Source: an uncultured bacterium
GTDB taxonomy: Bacteria; Actinomycetota; Acidimicrobiia; Spongiisociales; UBA5794
Reading direction: 5' to 3'
NCBI GenBank assembly: GCA_963801165.1
Contig: CAWDDT010000010.1
Coordinates: 224,001 to 288,000 of the forward strand
Length of the DNA stretch: 64,000 bases
A model generated the notes under the pieces. That model saw only the letters and a program-made list of their open reading frames with translations. It was not told where the DNA came from and searched no databases. Made by a program: the position numbers and the translations under genes. This document shows, piece by piece, positions 30,087 to 39,491 of the stretch; position 1 is the first letter of the stretch, and every line of letters starts with the position of its first letter.

Positions 30087-31076
30087 TCACCGGTACGGAT
30101 TCTCGCCCGGGCCGCGCCGGGCCACCGCCGACCAGACGGTCTCGTAGTGGTCACGATCGAAGCGGTCGACGTGGGGGAGCACGAACTCTTCCCAGGTGCG
30201 GCGCAGCGGATCCGGGGCCGTCGCGTAGACCCGTAGGCCCGCCGGGATCCGGTCGAGCACGGTCCGCAGGCTCATCGGGGTCTCTACGCGTGTCTGGGAA
30301 TCCGTGGAGCTGAATGAGGCGTTCACCTCGACGGCCAGCTTGGCGATGGGCTCCGAGAACACCGGCTTCAGGCCGCTATGGCGGCGATGGAGCATGCTCA
30401 CCAACTCCTCCTCGGCGGGGAAGTCCTTCTCCCAGATGATCCAGCGATCGGCGAAGGCCTTGTTCAGCGTCTGGGTGCCTGCGTAGTCGCGGAGATCGGT
30501 CGGGTTGAGCGTCCCGAACACACGGACGTCGTGGCGAAGCCGCACCATCTCGCCAGTCGGTAGCTCCAGGGCTTGATGACGGTCGAGCAGACCGTGCAAA
30601 GCGAACAGGGTCTCGGCACCGGCAGCGTTTAGCTCCGACAGGTTGATCAAGGCCGGACCGCGCAGCGCTCTTGTTATGTCGCCATCTTCCCACCGGCTTT
30701 CGGTTCCGCCCTTGCCGTCGCCGTAGAGCTTCACCGATCCGATCAACGTGATGTCACGAACCTCACCCGTCAAGGGGATCCGGTAATGCGGCATACCGAG
30801 TGTCGCGGCGAACTGCTCGAGATCATGATCCTTGCCGGTCCCCATGTGGCCACGCAAGGCGAGGTGCAGCGGAGAGTCCTTGAAGTGGTTGCGCCGCACC
30901 TCCTCCACCTGGGCGAGGCGATACAGCATCCCGAGATCCACGTAATACGGATCCGGATCGGGGATGTGCTCGATCCGCAGGTCGTGGTCCGGCATGTCGG
31001 CCGGGATCTCGGTTTTCTCTAGCTCGATGGGCGGGCCTTCCCCTGCAGGATCGTCGAAAGTCACCATCTCAGGCAT
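30087..31076 (-). CDS. MoxR/CbbQ-NirQ-like AAA+ ATPase with atypical Walker motifs
   Basis: LRGHMGTGKD, W.DG, INLSELN, TLNP, YAGT..LNKAFADRW, SLR. Confidence 0.85.
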   Translation of the reverse strand: MPEMVTFDDPAGEGPPIELEKTEIPADMPDHDLRIEHIPDPDPYYVDLGMLYRLAQVEEVRRNHFKDSPLHLALRGHMGTGKDHDLEQFAATLGMPHYRIPLTGEVRDITLIGSVKLYGDGKGGTESRWEDGDITRALRGPALINLSELNAAGAETLFALHGLLDRHQALELPTGEMVRLRHDVRVFGTLNPTDLRDYAGTQTLNKAFADRWIIWEKDFPAEEELVSMLHRRHSGLKPVFSEPIAKLAVEVNASFSSTDSQTRVETPMSLRTVLDRIPAGLRVYATAPDPLRRTWEEFVLPHVDRFDRDHYETVWSAVARRGPGENPYR

Positions 31077-33291
31077 TGGTGATGCTCCTTTGTTTGCTCA
31101 GATATTCGGAAGAGGAATGTGCCCACCACGTCTCGCCGCCGGCGGCAGCGATGGTGCGGAGCAAGCTCGAGCGGACACCGTCGATCATCGCTCTGGTGAG
31201 CTCCGCCGGCCACTCTACGACCTGGTGGCGTTGGTACGCCGCGGTCACAGTGTCGTCTCCGATGCCGATGCCCAGCACCGTGGTGCCGTTCCTCTCGGCG
31301 GCGTCCACGGATTCGGCAAGGGCTCGGACCGTGCCCCGCGTCATACCGTCGGCGAGGACGACGAGGATGCGGGTCGATACGTGCCGGGCGGCGAGCCGCT
31401 GCGTCGCATAGGTCACGTTGAACTCGTCGACGTTGGCTGCTTTGTCGAACATCGACACCGGCGGAGTGTTTTCCGGGTCTCTGCGTGCCGCATGCCCTGC
31501 TTCGCGGGGCGCAGCCGCCATGTAGAAGAGACCGGCCATCACGTCTTCGTGCTGGCGCCACCGGTTGTCGAACGGTTTGACCAGATAGTGGTTGACGGTG
31601 CGGGAGAGCCGGTCGGCCGAGCCACCATGGCTGCGACGCAACCCACCGATGGCGCTGTGTCTCCGGCTGGTGAAGGTTCGCTCGGTGTCGTCGCCGGTGG
31701 CGGGGAAGGAGCGGTTGAACACGGCGACTTCGAAGTCGATCTGGAGCTCATGGCAAAGCGCGGCGAGTGACCACGCACCGAGAGTCGCGGCGGCCAGGGC
31801 CCACGGGGCTTTGCGCGCGGTACCCACCCGGAGCGGTTGCAGCATCGACGCCGACCCGTCGACGAGCAGGCTGACGGCATAGCTGCGTCGTGTCGGCAGA
31901 TCGCGCCGCTCGAACATACGCTCGTACAAACCTGCACCGAGCAGCAGCGCCGAATACGGCGAGAGATCACCTGCGTCGAAACCGGAGCGGAGCCCCCGCC
32001 GCTGGTTGGCCAGGAACAGCGGATACAGCTCCCCGGCTACCCGGCGTTGCTCCACACCCCATTGTTTGGCTGCGGCGTCGAGACGCTCCCTGCCTTCTTT
32101 GGCGAATTTGCGGAAGTGGTCGGGAAACGGGCCGACCACGAGCTTGCCGGTCTGTCCCGTTGGCAAATAGATGGAAGGGGCCTGCGAGACACGGACGAGC
32201 TGCTCGGTGGCGGGATCTCCGGCCTGGTCGGCGTCGCCCGCCTTGCCGTGTTCGGCGGAGACGGATTGGGCGGCCGCCCACGATTGCTCGTATGACTCGA
32301 TGTCTCGCAGTGGTGGCGTGACGATTCGTACCGCGTCAACCGAATCACTGATCGCAGCGCTGTCGTCCTCGCCTTTGCCGGTTCGGACGTGCTTGGCGTC
32401 CGCCTTGGTGACGATGTGGGCGAGGCCGTGGATGCGTGCCACCTCGAGAAGCTGTAGCGCCAGCCCACCAACGGTCCACGGGTCGTCGGCGGCGGCGACG
32501 TCGTCTATGAAAGGCTGGGCGTCGTCGAGAGCCATCGCCACGTGTGCCGGTAGCTGTCGTTGCAGCTTGTCTTTTGTGGTGTAGCCCCCGACGAGAAGGA
32601 AGCAAGCGAGCGCGTACTGTCCGAGGGGACGAGCCTGTTCCATACCCCCCGGCGTAGCAGCCAGATAGAGGTCGGACAGCACCGAGCGCACGCCGCCGAA
32701 CCCGTCGAGGAGGACACGTTCCTGTCGGGCATCTTCGAGCGAGAAGAACAAGGCCTCGGCAGCTGGACCTCCGATCTCGCTTATCGCATCAAGCAGACTC
32801 ACCGGCTGTTCGTCGAGGGCCGGGACCGATCCGGGGATGGGGCTCTCTGCCTTGTCGAGATCGTCGTCGTCCTCGAACAGCATGGGTGCCCGCTTCGGGA
32901 GAGGCATGGGTAGACCCTCGGGTTCCTCGGTCGTGGTCCTGTTCTCCCGGTGGGCGAGCCAGGCTCGGGGGATCGGACGCTTCTCGTCGAAGTCGGAGGC
33001 CAGAAGGTGGACCACCTCGTGTAGCGCCGACGTGAGTGCCACCTCGGCCGGCGTCACCGGGGCGCTGCGGGCATAGGCTGCCTGGAATACGCCGGGGTCG
33101 ATGACGATCTCGTCCTCGCTGCCGGAAGCCTGCGAGCCGAGCCGGACAATCAGGTCCTCCTTGCCGGCGATGGTCCTGGCGAACCGGGTTATGGCCGGGG
33201 CGACCCGCTGATAGCGCGCCACGACGGCCTCGATCACCCTCTCTTCGGGGGGAAGCACCTCATTCAGGACTGACTGATCTCGACCGCGCAT
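31069..33291 (-). CDS. CobT/NorD-like protein: N-terminal HExxH domain plus C-terminal VWA (MIDAS)
   Basis: ALHEVVH, LEDARQE, LVDGSASM, VLADG, GIGIG; overlaps the ATPase start. Confidence 0.82.
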   Translation of the reverse strand: MRGRDQSVLNEVLPPEERVIEAVVARYQRVAPAITRFARTIAGKEDLIVRLGSQASGSEDEIVIDPGVFQAAYARSAPVTPAEVALTSALHEVVHLLASDFDEKRPIPRAWLAHRENRTTTEEPEGLPMPLPKRAPMLFEDDDDLDKAESPIPGSVPALDEQPVSLLDAISEIGGPAAEALFFSLEDARQERVLLDGFGGVRSVLSDLYLAATPGGMEQARPLGQYALACFLLVGGYTTKDKLQRQLPAHVAMALDDAQPFIDDVAAADDPWTVGGLALQLLEVARIHGLAHIVTKADAKHVRTGKGEDDSAAISDSVDAVRIVTPPLRDIESYEQSWAAAQSVSAEHGKAGDADQAGDPATEQLVRVSQAPSIYLPTGQTGKLVVGPFPDHFRKFAKEGRERLDAAAKQWGVEQRRVAGELYPLFLANQRRGLRSGFDAGDLSPYSALLLGAGLYERMFERRDLPTRRSYAVSLLVDGSASMLQPLRVGTARKAPWALAAATLGAWSLAALCHELQIDFEVAVFNRSFPATGDDTERTFTSRRHSAIGGLRRSHGGSADRLSRTVNHYLVKPFDNRWRQHEDVMAGLFYMAAAPREAGHAARRDPENTPPVSMFDKAANVDEFNVTYATQRLAARHVSTRILVVLADGMTRGTVRALAESVDAAERNGTTVLGIGIGDDTVTAAYQRHQVVEWPAELTRAMIDGVRSSLLRTIAAAGGETWWAHSSSEYLSKQRSITNA

Positions 33292-33346
33292 GACTAATGA
33301 TTTTCTCACACGCGTCAAGTCCGGAGGCGCGGTCTATCGTGGCTGG

Positions 33347-33766
33347 ATGGACGATCTGTCGATACCCGGGGGCCCGACCATCCCGGCGGGCGAGTTGACG
33401 TGGCGTTTCGACACGTCGGGAGGCCCCGGAGGCCAGCATTCCAACAAGAGCTCCACACGTGTCGAGCTGCTGTTCGACGTTACGACGTCCGTGGCACTCG
33501 ACGATGCGATGAAGACTCGGATTCTGCGGCAGAAGGGCGTCGAGCTGGGGGTGATCAGGATTCGGGTGTCCGAGTCGCGCTCGCAGTGGAAGAACCGTCA
33601 GCTCGCCCGGCAGCGTCTCGCCGAGTTCCTCTCCCGGGCGCTGGCGCCACCACCGCGGCGGCGGAAGCTCACCGTGCCGGGTCGGGCGGCGCGGGAACGT
33701 CGCCTGGCAAAGAAGCGGGATCGATCCGAGACCAAGCGCCTCCGCAGACCACCCGAGCCGGAGTGA
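33347..33766 (+). CDS. arfB: Alternative ribosome-rescue peptidyl-tRNA hydrolase ArfB
   Basis: SGGPGGQH.NK, RSQWKNR, basic C-terminal tail. Confidence 0.92.
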   Translation: MDDLSIPGGPTIPAGELTWRFDTSGGPGGQHSNKSSTRVELLFDVTTSVALDDAMKTRILRQKGVELGVIRIRVSESRSQWKNRQLARQRLAEFLSRALAPPPRRRKLTVPGRAARERRLAKKRDRSETKRLRRPPEPE

Positions 33767-33769
33767 GTG

Positions 33770-34075
33770 CTACTCGACCTGGTCGCGCAGCCGCTCGAGC
33801 CGCTGGTCCCAGAGGTCACCCACCGATTCGACCCAGTCCACCACCGTCCCGAGCGGGTCGGGACGGAACGAGTAGACAACTTCACGGCCGGTCCTGTGCC
33901 GCTCGACGAGACATACCGCGTCGAGTGCCGCAAGGTGTTTGACCACGGCCTGTCGCGACACGGGAAGATCGGCGGCGAGATCGGTTGCAGTAGCGGGACC
34001 GCCGCGAATCAGCCTGGTTAGCACCTCGAGTCTGGTGGGATCGGCGAGGGCCGCAAAGACCTCGTGTGTGCCCAT
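33770..34075 (-). CDS. ArsR/SmtB family transcriptional regulator
   Basis: FAALADPTR, SRQAVVKHL, WDQRLERL; start overlaps the SRPBCC stop. Confidence 0.9.
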   Translation of the reverse strand: MGTHEVFAALADPTRLEVLTRLIRGGPATATDLAADLPVSRQAVVKHLAALDAVCLVERHRTGREVVYSFRPDPLGTVVDWVESVGDLWDQRLERLRDQVE

Positions 34076-34521
34076 CAAGCTGCCGCACAGCTCGCGGTGG
34101 GTGCCCACGAGCCGCCCGCCGGGTACCACGGTTGCGGCCCGCCCAGATACCGCTGCGTGGGCATCTCGGTGACCTGCCACGGCAGCAGCGTCTCCCTCAC
34201 GGTGATCCGGGTGTTCGTGCCGTCGGGTTCGATCTCGATCTCGACGAGCGCGGGCATCCCGTCGTTGGTTCGCCAGCTCCATTGGAGACGGCGCTCCGGG
34301 ATGATCTCCTCCACCACACCGAAGGTGTCGGGCGTTCCTTCCCCGGTCATGTGGATGGCCCCGCCCTGGCGTGGCTCGATGGTGACGTCGGCACCCATCC
34401 ATGCCGTGAGCAGATCGCCCCGTGTCAGGTGCTCCCACACCGTCTCGGGCCCGGCGGCGAGCTCGATCGAGCGCTCAACCGCAACGTTGCCCGACAGGTC
34501 CTCGTATCTCTCTTCAGCCAT
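34075..34521 (-). CDS. SRPBCC/AHSA1 (START-like) domain protein
   Basis: [27 protein letters not shown]. Confidence 0.85.
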   Translation of the reverse strand: MAEERYEDLSGNVAVERSIELAAGPETVWEHLTRGDLLTAWMGADVTIEPRQGGAIHMTGEGTPDTFGVVEEIIPERRLQWSWRTNDGMPALVEIEIEPDGTNTRITVRETLLPWQVTEMPTQRYLGGPQPWYPAGGSWAPTASCAAA

Positions 34522-34525
34522 GCCC

Positions 34526-34577
34526 GCAACCTAGCAGTTGCACGTCCGTTATGCTGGCGTGCAACCATTGGGTTGCA
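34526..34577. promoter_or_regulatory. Two palindromic operators GCAACC-N4-(G/A)GTTGC (34526-34541, 34560-34577), likely ArsR sites
   Basis: GCAACCTAGCAGTTGC and TGCAACCATTGGGTTGCA; the first overlaps the -10 (TAGGTT) of the SRPBCC gene. Confidence 0.7.
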
Positions 34578-34589
34578 AAAGGAGTTGTG

Positions 34590-35201
34590 ATGGTCATACC
34601 AACGGTGATCGAGCAGACCCCGCATGGGGACCGGGCCTCTGACATCTACTCCCGTCTCTTGAGCAACAGGATCGTCTTCCTCGGCAAACCGATCGACTTC
34701 GACGTTGCCGAGCTGATCGTCGCCCAGTTCCTGCATCTGGCGAGTGAGGACGGGGAGAAGCCGATATCGCTGTACATCAACTCGCCCGGAGGGGAGACGT
34801 CCTCGATGATGGCGATATACGACACGATGCAGCACATCGAGCCCGAGGTGACGACCACCTGTATCGGGCTGGCTGCATCGGCGGCTGCGGTGATTCTCGC
34901 CGCCGGGGCCGAAGGCAAGCGGTTCGTGCTGCCACACGCCCGGGTTCTCATCCATCAGCCCCACCTGAGCGGTGGTCTCGAAGGGCCGGCCAGCGAGATC
35001 GAAATCCACGCCCGCGAGATCATCCGCGAGAAGCACGAGATGATCGGCATCCTGGCAACGCACACCGGGCAGACCGAGGAAACCATCGACCGCGACAGCG
35101 ACCGCGACCGGTGGCTCACCGCAGACCAAGCCGTCGCCTACGGCCTCGCCGATGCAGTGATGTTCCCGGCGCGCGTGCCAAAGCGACTCCAGAGCAGCTG
35201 A
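34590..35201 (+). CDS. clpP: ATP-dependent Clp protease proteolytic subunit
   Basis: [26 protein letters not shown]. Confidence 0.93.
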   Translation: MVIPTVIEQTPHGDRASDIYSRLLSNRIVFLGKPIDFDVAELIVAQFLHLASEDGEKPISLYINSPGGETSSMMAIYDTMQHIEPEVTTTCIGLAASAAAVILAAGAEGKRFVLPHARVLIHQPHLSGGLEGPASEIEIHAREIIREKHEMIGILATHTGQTEETIDRDSDRDRWLTADQAVAYGLADAVMFPARVPKRLQSS

Positions 35202-35352
35202 GGAGCTGCCCTGGTCCGGTCGGTGCGGGTAGAAGAGTCGTGGAGAATTCCAGTTCAGGCTCGATACCTGCTCGACAATTCAGAGATGCCGATTCATTGC
35301 GACCCTTCACGGCTATTCATGAAGACCCTTCTAGACCTCTATCATTCCTCGA

Positions 35353-36603
35353 ATGCACTATGACTTGACAACACTGCCCAACGGGCTGCGGGTGATCACC
35401 CAGGACATGCCGTCGATCCGTTCGGTTGCCATCGGCGCGTGGGTCGACACAGGCAGCCGCGATGAAGAGCCGATCGAGGCCGGTACCAGTCACTTTCTCG
35501 AGCACCTGCTGTTCAAGGGGTCGGAGCGTCTGTCGGCGCGCGCCATCTCGGAGGCATTCGATGCCGTCGGCGCCCGAAACAACGCCTTCACCAGCAAGGA
35601 ATACACTTGTTATTGGGCCCGGCTCCGCAGCGCCGATCTGCCTCTGGCGGTCGACATAATCGCCGAAATGCTGCGGCGTCCGGCCTTCCGGCAGAACGAG
35701 ATCGACTCGGAACGCAACGTCGTGTTGGAAGAGATCAACATGAACGAGGATGATCCGACCGACGTCGCCCACGAGGAGTTCGTGACTGCGCTGTGGGAGG
35801 ATCACCCGTTGGCGCCACCCATCCTGGGGACAAAAGAGTCCATAACCGACATGACCCGGGAGACCATCTACAACTACTGGCACCGTCGCTACACGCCACG
35901 GTCAACGGTCGTTGCGGCCGTTGGCGATCTGGATCATGAGAAGGTGGTAGACCTGATTGCGGCACACATGGGTGATTGGGATGGTCCGGCCGTCGGTCGT
36001 ACCGAGGTCACCCCCGTCATCGTGCCCAAGGTGAGGGTGCGACACAGAGACACCGAGCAGTCCCACATTGTCTTTGGCTCGCAGGGTCTGACCCGCAGCG
36101 ACGACCGCCGGTTTGCGGTCACCATCGCCAACCACGTTCTGGGCGGCGGCATGTCCTCGCGTCTGTTTCGTGAGATCCGTGAGGACCGGGGTCTCGCCTA
36201 TGCAGTGCATGCGTTCCGGATGCCGTTTCTCGAGACCGGCTCGTCAGCGATCTATGTCGGGACCACCCCGACCCAGACAGGTGAGGTGCTCAAGCTGATC
36301 AGAGCCGAGCTGGACAAGATCATGGCCGACGGGATCACCGACGACGAGATGGAACGAGCCAAGGGCAACGTTGAAGGCAGCCTGGCGCTGTCGCTCGAGG
36401 ACACCAACGGGCGGATGACCCAGCTCGGCCGTCACGAGATCACCGGCGTGCCGCACCTGAGCGTCGATGAGATCGTCGCCAAGATCGACGCTCTGACTCA
36501 CGAGGACATCATTTCCGTGGCCCGGGAGGTATACGACGGTCCGTACGTGCTCGGGTTGGTCGGACCGTTCGAGGAGGGTGACTTCGCGGAGACGGTGCGA
36601 TGA
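35353..36603 (+). CDS. M16 family zinc peptidase (PepR-like)
   Basis: HFLEH, NAFTSKE, SSRLFREIREDRGLAY. Confidence 0.93.
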   Translation: MHYDLTTLPNGLRVITQDMPSIRSVAIGAWVDTGSRDEEPIEAGTSHFLEHLLFKGSERLSARAISEAFDAVGARNNAFTSKEYTCYWARLRSADLPLAVDIIAEMLRRPAFRQNEIDSERNVVLEEINMNEDDPTDVAHEEFVTALWEDHPLAPPILGTKESITDMTRETIYNYWHRRYTPRSTVVAAVGDLDHEKVVDLIAAHMGDWDGPAVGRTEVTPVIVPKVRVRHRDTEQSHIVFGSQGLTRSDDRRFAVTIANHVLGGGMSSRLFREIREDRGLAYAVHAFRMPFLETGSSAIYVGTTPTQTGEVLKLIRAELDKIMADGITDDEMERAKGNVEGSLALSLEDTNGRMTQLGRHEITGVPHLSVDEIVAKIDALTHEDIISVAREVYDGPYVLGLVGPFEEGDFAETVR

Positions 36604-37367
36604 CCCGCGTCGGCGTATCGGGCGCCGCCGGCCGGATGGGGAAGCTCGTTGCCGAGACCGTTGCCTATGCGTCGGGTCACGATCTGGTCGCTCTCTACGA
36701 CCCGCACGCCCCGGCCGGCACGACCATCGGCGATGTTGCCGTGTCGACTACACCCGAGGTGATGCTCGATGCCGAGGTAGTAGTGGAGTTCACGAACCCC
36801 GACGTCGTGCTGGAGAATCTCAGGAACTGGCACACCATGGGCCGCCATGCCGTGGTCGGTACCTCGGGATTCAACGAGGCGCGCATCGGCGTGGTGGAGG
36901 GATTCTGGACCGGCGGAGCGGGGAATTGCTTGATCGTCTCCAACTTCTCGATCGGCGCCGTGGTCATGATGCGGGTCTCGGAGATTGCGGCCCCGCATTT
37001 CGACGCCGCAGAGGTCATCGAGATGCATCACGACCGGAAGGCGGACGCACCGTCGGGCACGGCCATCGCCACCGCGCGCCGCATCGCCGCGGCCGGTGGC
37101 CCGCAGAAGCGCGAGGTGGTCAGCAAGGAGTTGATCCCGGGTGCCCGCGGCGCCGCCGTCGACGCGGTGCCGATCCACTCGGTACGTCTTCCCGGTCTGG
37201 TCGCACATCAGGCAGTCATGTTCGGTGGGATGGGCGAGACGCTGACCATCCGCCACGACACCACGGACCGCCAGGCCTTTCTCCCCGGCATCATCCTCGC
37301 CATCGGGAAAGTCGCTTCGCTCCCGATGCCGGTCACCGTGGGTCTCGAGCCGCTGCTGGGTCTGTAA
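36600..37367 (+). CDS. dapB: 4-hydroxy-tetrahydrodipicolinate reductase
   Basis: GAAGRMG, EMHHDRKADAPSGTA. Confidence 0.95.
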   Translation: MTRVGVSGAAGRMGKLVAETVAYASGHDLVALYDPHAPAGTTIGDVAVSTTPEVMLDAEVVVEFTNPDVVLENLRNWHTMGRHAVVGTSGFNEARIGVVEGFWTGGAGNCLIVSNFSIGAVVMMRVSEIAAPHFDAAEVIEMHHDRKADAPSGTAIATARRIAAAGGPQKREVVSKELIPGARGAAVDAVPIHSVRLPGLVAHQAVMFGGMGETLTIRHDTTDRQAFLPGIILAIGKVASLPMPVTVGLEPLLGL

Positions 37368-37487
37368 CCCGCTGTACAGCCGGAACCGGCGCCCGGGCGC
37401 ACTAAACATCTGAGCCGCTCCTGTCGATACAAGACCGACGGTTTGACACCGACGCGGTGGCACCGACGCTGTGACAGGAGTACTCAA

Positions 37488-38495
37488 ATGAAGCTTCGTT
37501 CTGTGCTGGCTTTCGCCGCATTTGCCCTGGCCGTGGGTGGGTGTGGAGCCGGTCCCGCTCAATCGGCCGACGGCCCGATATACGCTCGGGCTCTGGCCTA
37601 CAGCCTCACCGGCGACACCGTGCTCACCTACCACACCGATATCGAGACCAACGCGACGACGGAGTTCGACGGCATGGGATCGGTCGGTGCCTCCATGCCG
37701 GGCTCCATGGACATGCGGATGAAGATGTCGTTGGACTCGACGTATCAGATCGGTGACGGTCCCGAACCGGGTTCGTACCGGGTGGCGATGACGACCGACA
37801 ACGTCGCTCTCGAGTCCGGATCGATCGAGATGGCAGGCGAGAAGGTCGATCTCTCCGATGTACCGCAAAGCGACCTGGAGGCGGCGCTCGACGCCCAGAT
37901 GCCCGAATTCGTCTACGTCATTGACGACAAGGGCGAGGTTGTCTCGGTGGAGGTCGGTGGCGTCTCGATCGACGTCGACGGTCTTCTCGGCGGGATATCG
38001 GCAAACGGCTTCAGCAGCGGGCAGATGTTCGGCCCGGAGCTCCCGGCCGGCGAGGTTGCGATCGGCGACACCTGGACGACGACGTCCGAGCAGAGTCTTG
38101 GCGGCGTTGTCGTTGCCACCGTGGAGATCCACGAGATCCTCCGCAGCGAGGAGCACAACGGTCATCAGACGTGGGTCATCAGAACCACGGCCACAACCGA
38201 TGGCTACACCGTCACCTGGGACGACATCACCGCGATGCTGGACGCCATGGGCGGTATGAACCAGGTCGAGGGCATGCAGGACATGCCTGAGTCATTCCAG
38301 ATGGCCATGCACGCTGCTCCGTCTACTGCGACCATGGTCACCTGGCTCGATCCGGGGCTCGGTCGTGCCATCGCAGTCGACAACACCAGCGACGTCGTCA
38401 TGACCATTGAGATGGGTGGTTTCCCAGGGATGTCCGGGTCGTTCTCGATGCACATCGACGGCCACAACCACGTGGCCATGGAGCTGGTCGAGTAG
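37488..38495 (+). CDS. Hypothetical lipoprotein
   Basis: Lipobox VGGC, SD AGGAG; beta-rich, PELPAGEVAIGDTW. Confidence 0.75.
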   Translation: MKLRSVLAFAAFALAVGGCGAGPAQSADGPIYARALAYSLTGDTVLTYHTDIETNATTEFDGMGSVGASMPGSMDMRMKMSLDSTYQIGDGPEPGSYRVAMTTDNVALESGSIEMAGEKVDLSDVPQSDLEAALDAQMPEFVYVIDDKGEVVSVEVGGVSIDVDGLLGGISANGFSSGQMFGPELPAGEVAIGDTWTTTSEQSLGGVVVATVEIHEILRSEEHNGHQTWVIRTTATTDGYTVTWDDITAMLDAMGGMNQVEGMQDMPESFQMAMHAAPSTATMVTWLDPGLGRAIAVDNTSDVVMTIEMGGFPGMSGSFSMHIDGHNHVAMELVE

Positions 38496-39341
38496 TCAGA
38501 ACAACGCGTTGGCGAGTTGGCGACGGTAGTCGGTCGTCAACGGGTGGCCGTCACCGAGAACTCCGAAGATGTCGAGCATCGCCTTGCGGGCGTCTTCCCT
38601 GCTCTCTCCACGCGCCTTGACAACTGCCAGCAGATGGTCGAGCGCAGGCTCGTACTCCGCACGAGCGGCCAGGGCCATTGCCAGTTCGATACGGACCATG
38701 TCGTTGCCGGGATCCGCATCCAATCTACCGGCGAGCTCGTTGACGTCGCTGCCGCGTGAAGAGGCGAGGCGCGTCGCGGCTTGGAGGCGTTCAACCTCGT
38801 CGGTTGCTGCGAGCTTGCCGAGCACGATCAAGGCGTCGTCGTTGCGCCCCGATGCGATGAGCAGGGCGGCTAGGCCCGTACCCGCCTCTTGATGATCTGA
38901 TTGCTCGTCGAGGGCGGCCCGAAACAACCGCTCGGCGGTTTCGAGGTCGCCGGCGATGGCCGCATCGCGTGCCTGGTCGACGACCAGGTCGAGCTCCGAT
39001 GGCAGCAAGCTACCCAGCCAGTCACGGATGGCAGTCTCGGGGATGGCACCACTGAACTGGCCGACCGGCACACCACCGCGGAATCCGATCACGGTAGGGA
39101 TGCCCTGCACACCGAACTGCGCGGCCAGCTCCTGGTTCTGGTCGACGTCGACCTTGGCGAGAACGAAGCTCCCGTCTGACTCGTCGGTGATCCGTTCGAG
39201 CATCGGGCCGAGCGTGCGACACGGTTGGCACCATTCTGCCCAGAAGTCGACAACGACGGGCACGTCGTGGCTCTTTTGCAACACAGCCTGTTGGAACGTG
39301 GCTGTTGTCACCTCAGTTATGTAGGGGCTCGTGGATTCCAT
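38496..39341 (-). CDS. cnoX: Thioredoxin-TPR chaperedoxin (YbbN/CnoX)
   Basis: VDFWAEWCQPC, TPR region, YRRQLANALF C-terminus. Confidence 0.9.
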   Translation of the reverse strand: MESTSPYITEVTTATFQQAVLQKSHDVPVVVDFWAEWCQPCRTLGPMLERITDESDGSFVLAKVDVDQNQELAAQFGVQGIPTVIGFRGGVPVGQFSGAIPETAIRDWLGSLLPSELDLVVDQARDAAIAGDLETAERLFRAALDEQSDHQEAGTGLAALLIASGRNDDALIVLGKLAATDEVERLQAATRLASSRGSDVNELAGRLDADPGNDMVRIELAMALAARAEYEPALDHLLAVVKARGESREDARKAMLDIFGVLGDGHPLTTDYRRQLANALF

Positions 39342-39387
39342 ACCTGAAGAATAGTTGGCCCCCGGGCGCATTTTGCCGGACGATCGG

Positions 39388-39456
39388 GTTGCCGCCCGGT
39401 TCGGAAAGAAGTTGCCGGCCGGCTTGGAAAGAAGTTGCCGGCCCGCTCGGAAAGAA
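39388..39456. repeat. Three tandem 23-bp repeats GTTGCCG.CC.G.T.GGAAAGAA
   Basis: Units 39388-39410, 39411-39433, 39434-39456. Confidence 0.88.
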
Positions 39457-39491
39457 ATGGCGTATGCCGCGGTACTGCTACCGTTTGGTCC

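Noticed and set aside
36498-38165. Long antisense/alternative-frame ORFs (e.g. 36498-38165, 2825-4054, 45854-47164, 56434-57807, 57770-59281)
   Set aside because: Shadow ORFs of well-supported genes, expected in high-GC DNA; no recognisable motifs
39388-39456. 23-bp repeats as a mini-CRISPR
   Set aside because: Head-to-tail units without unique spacers
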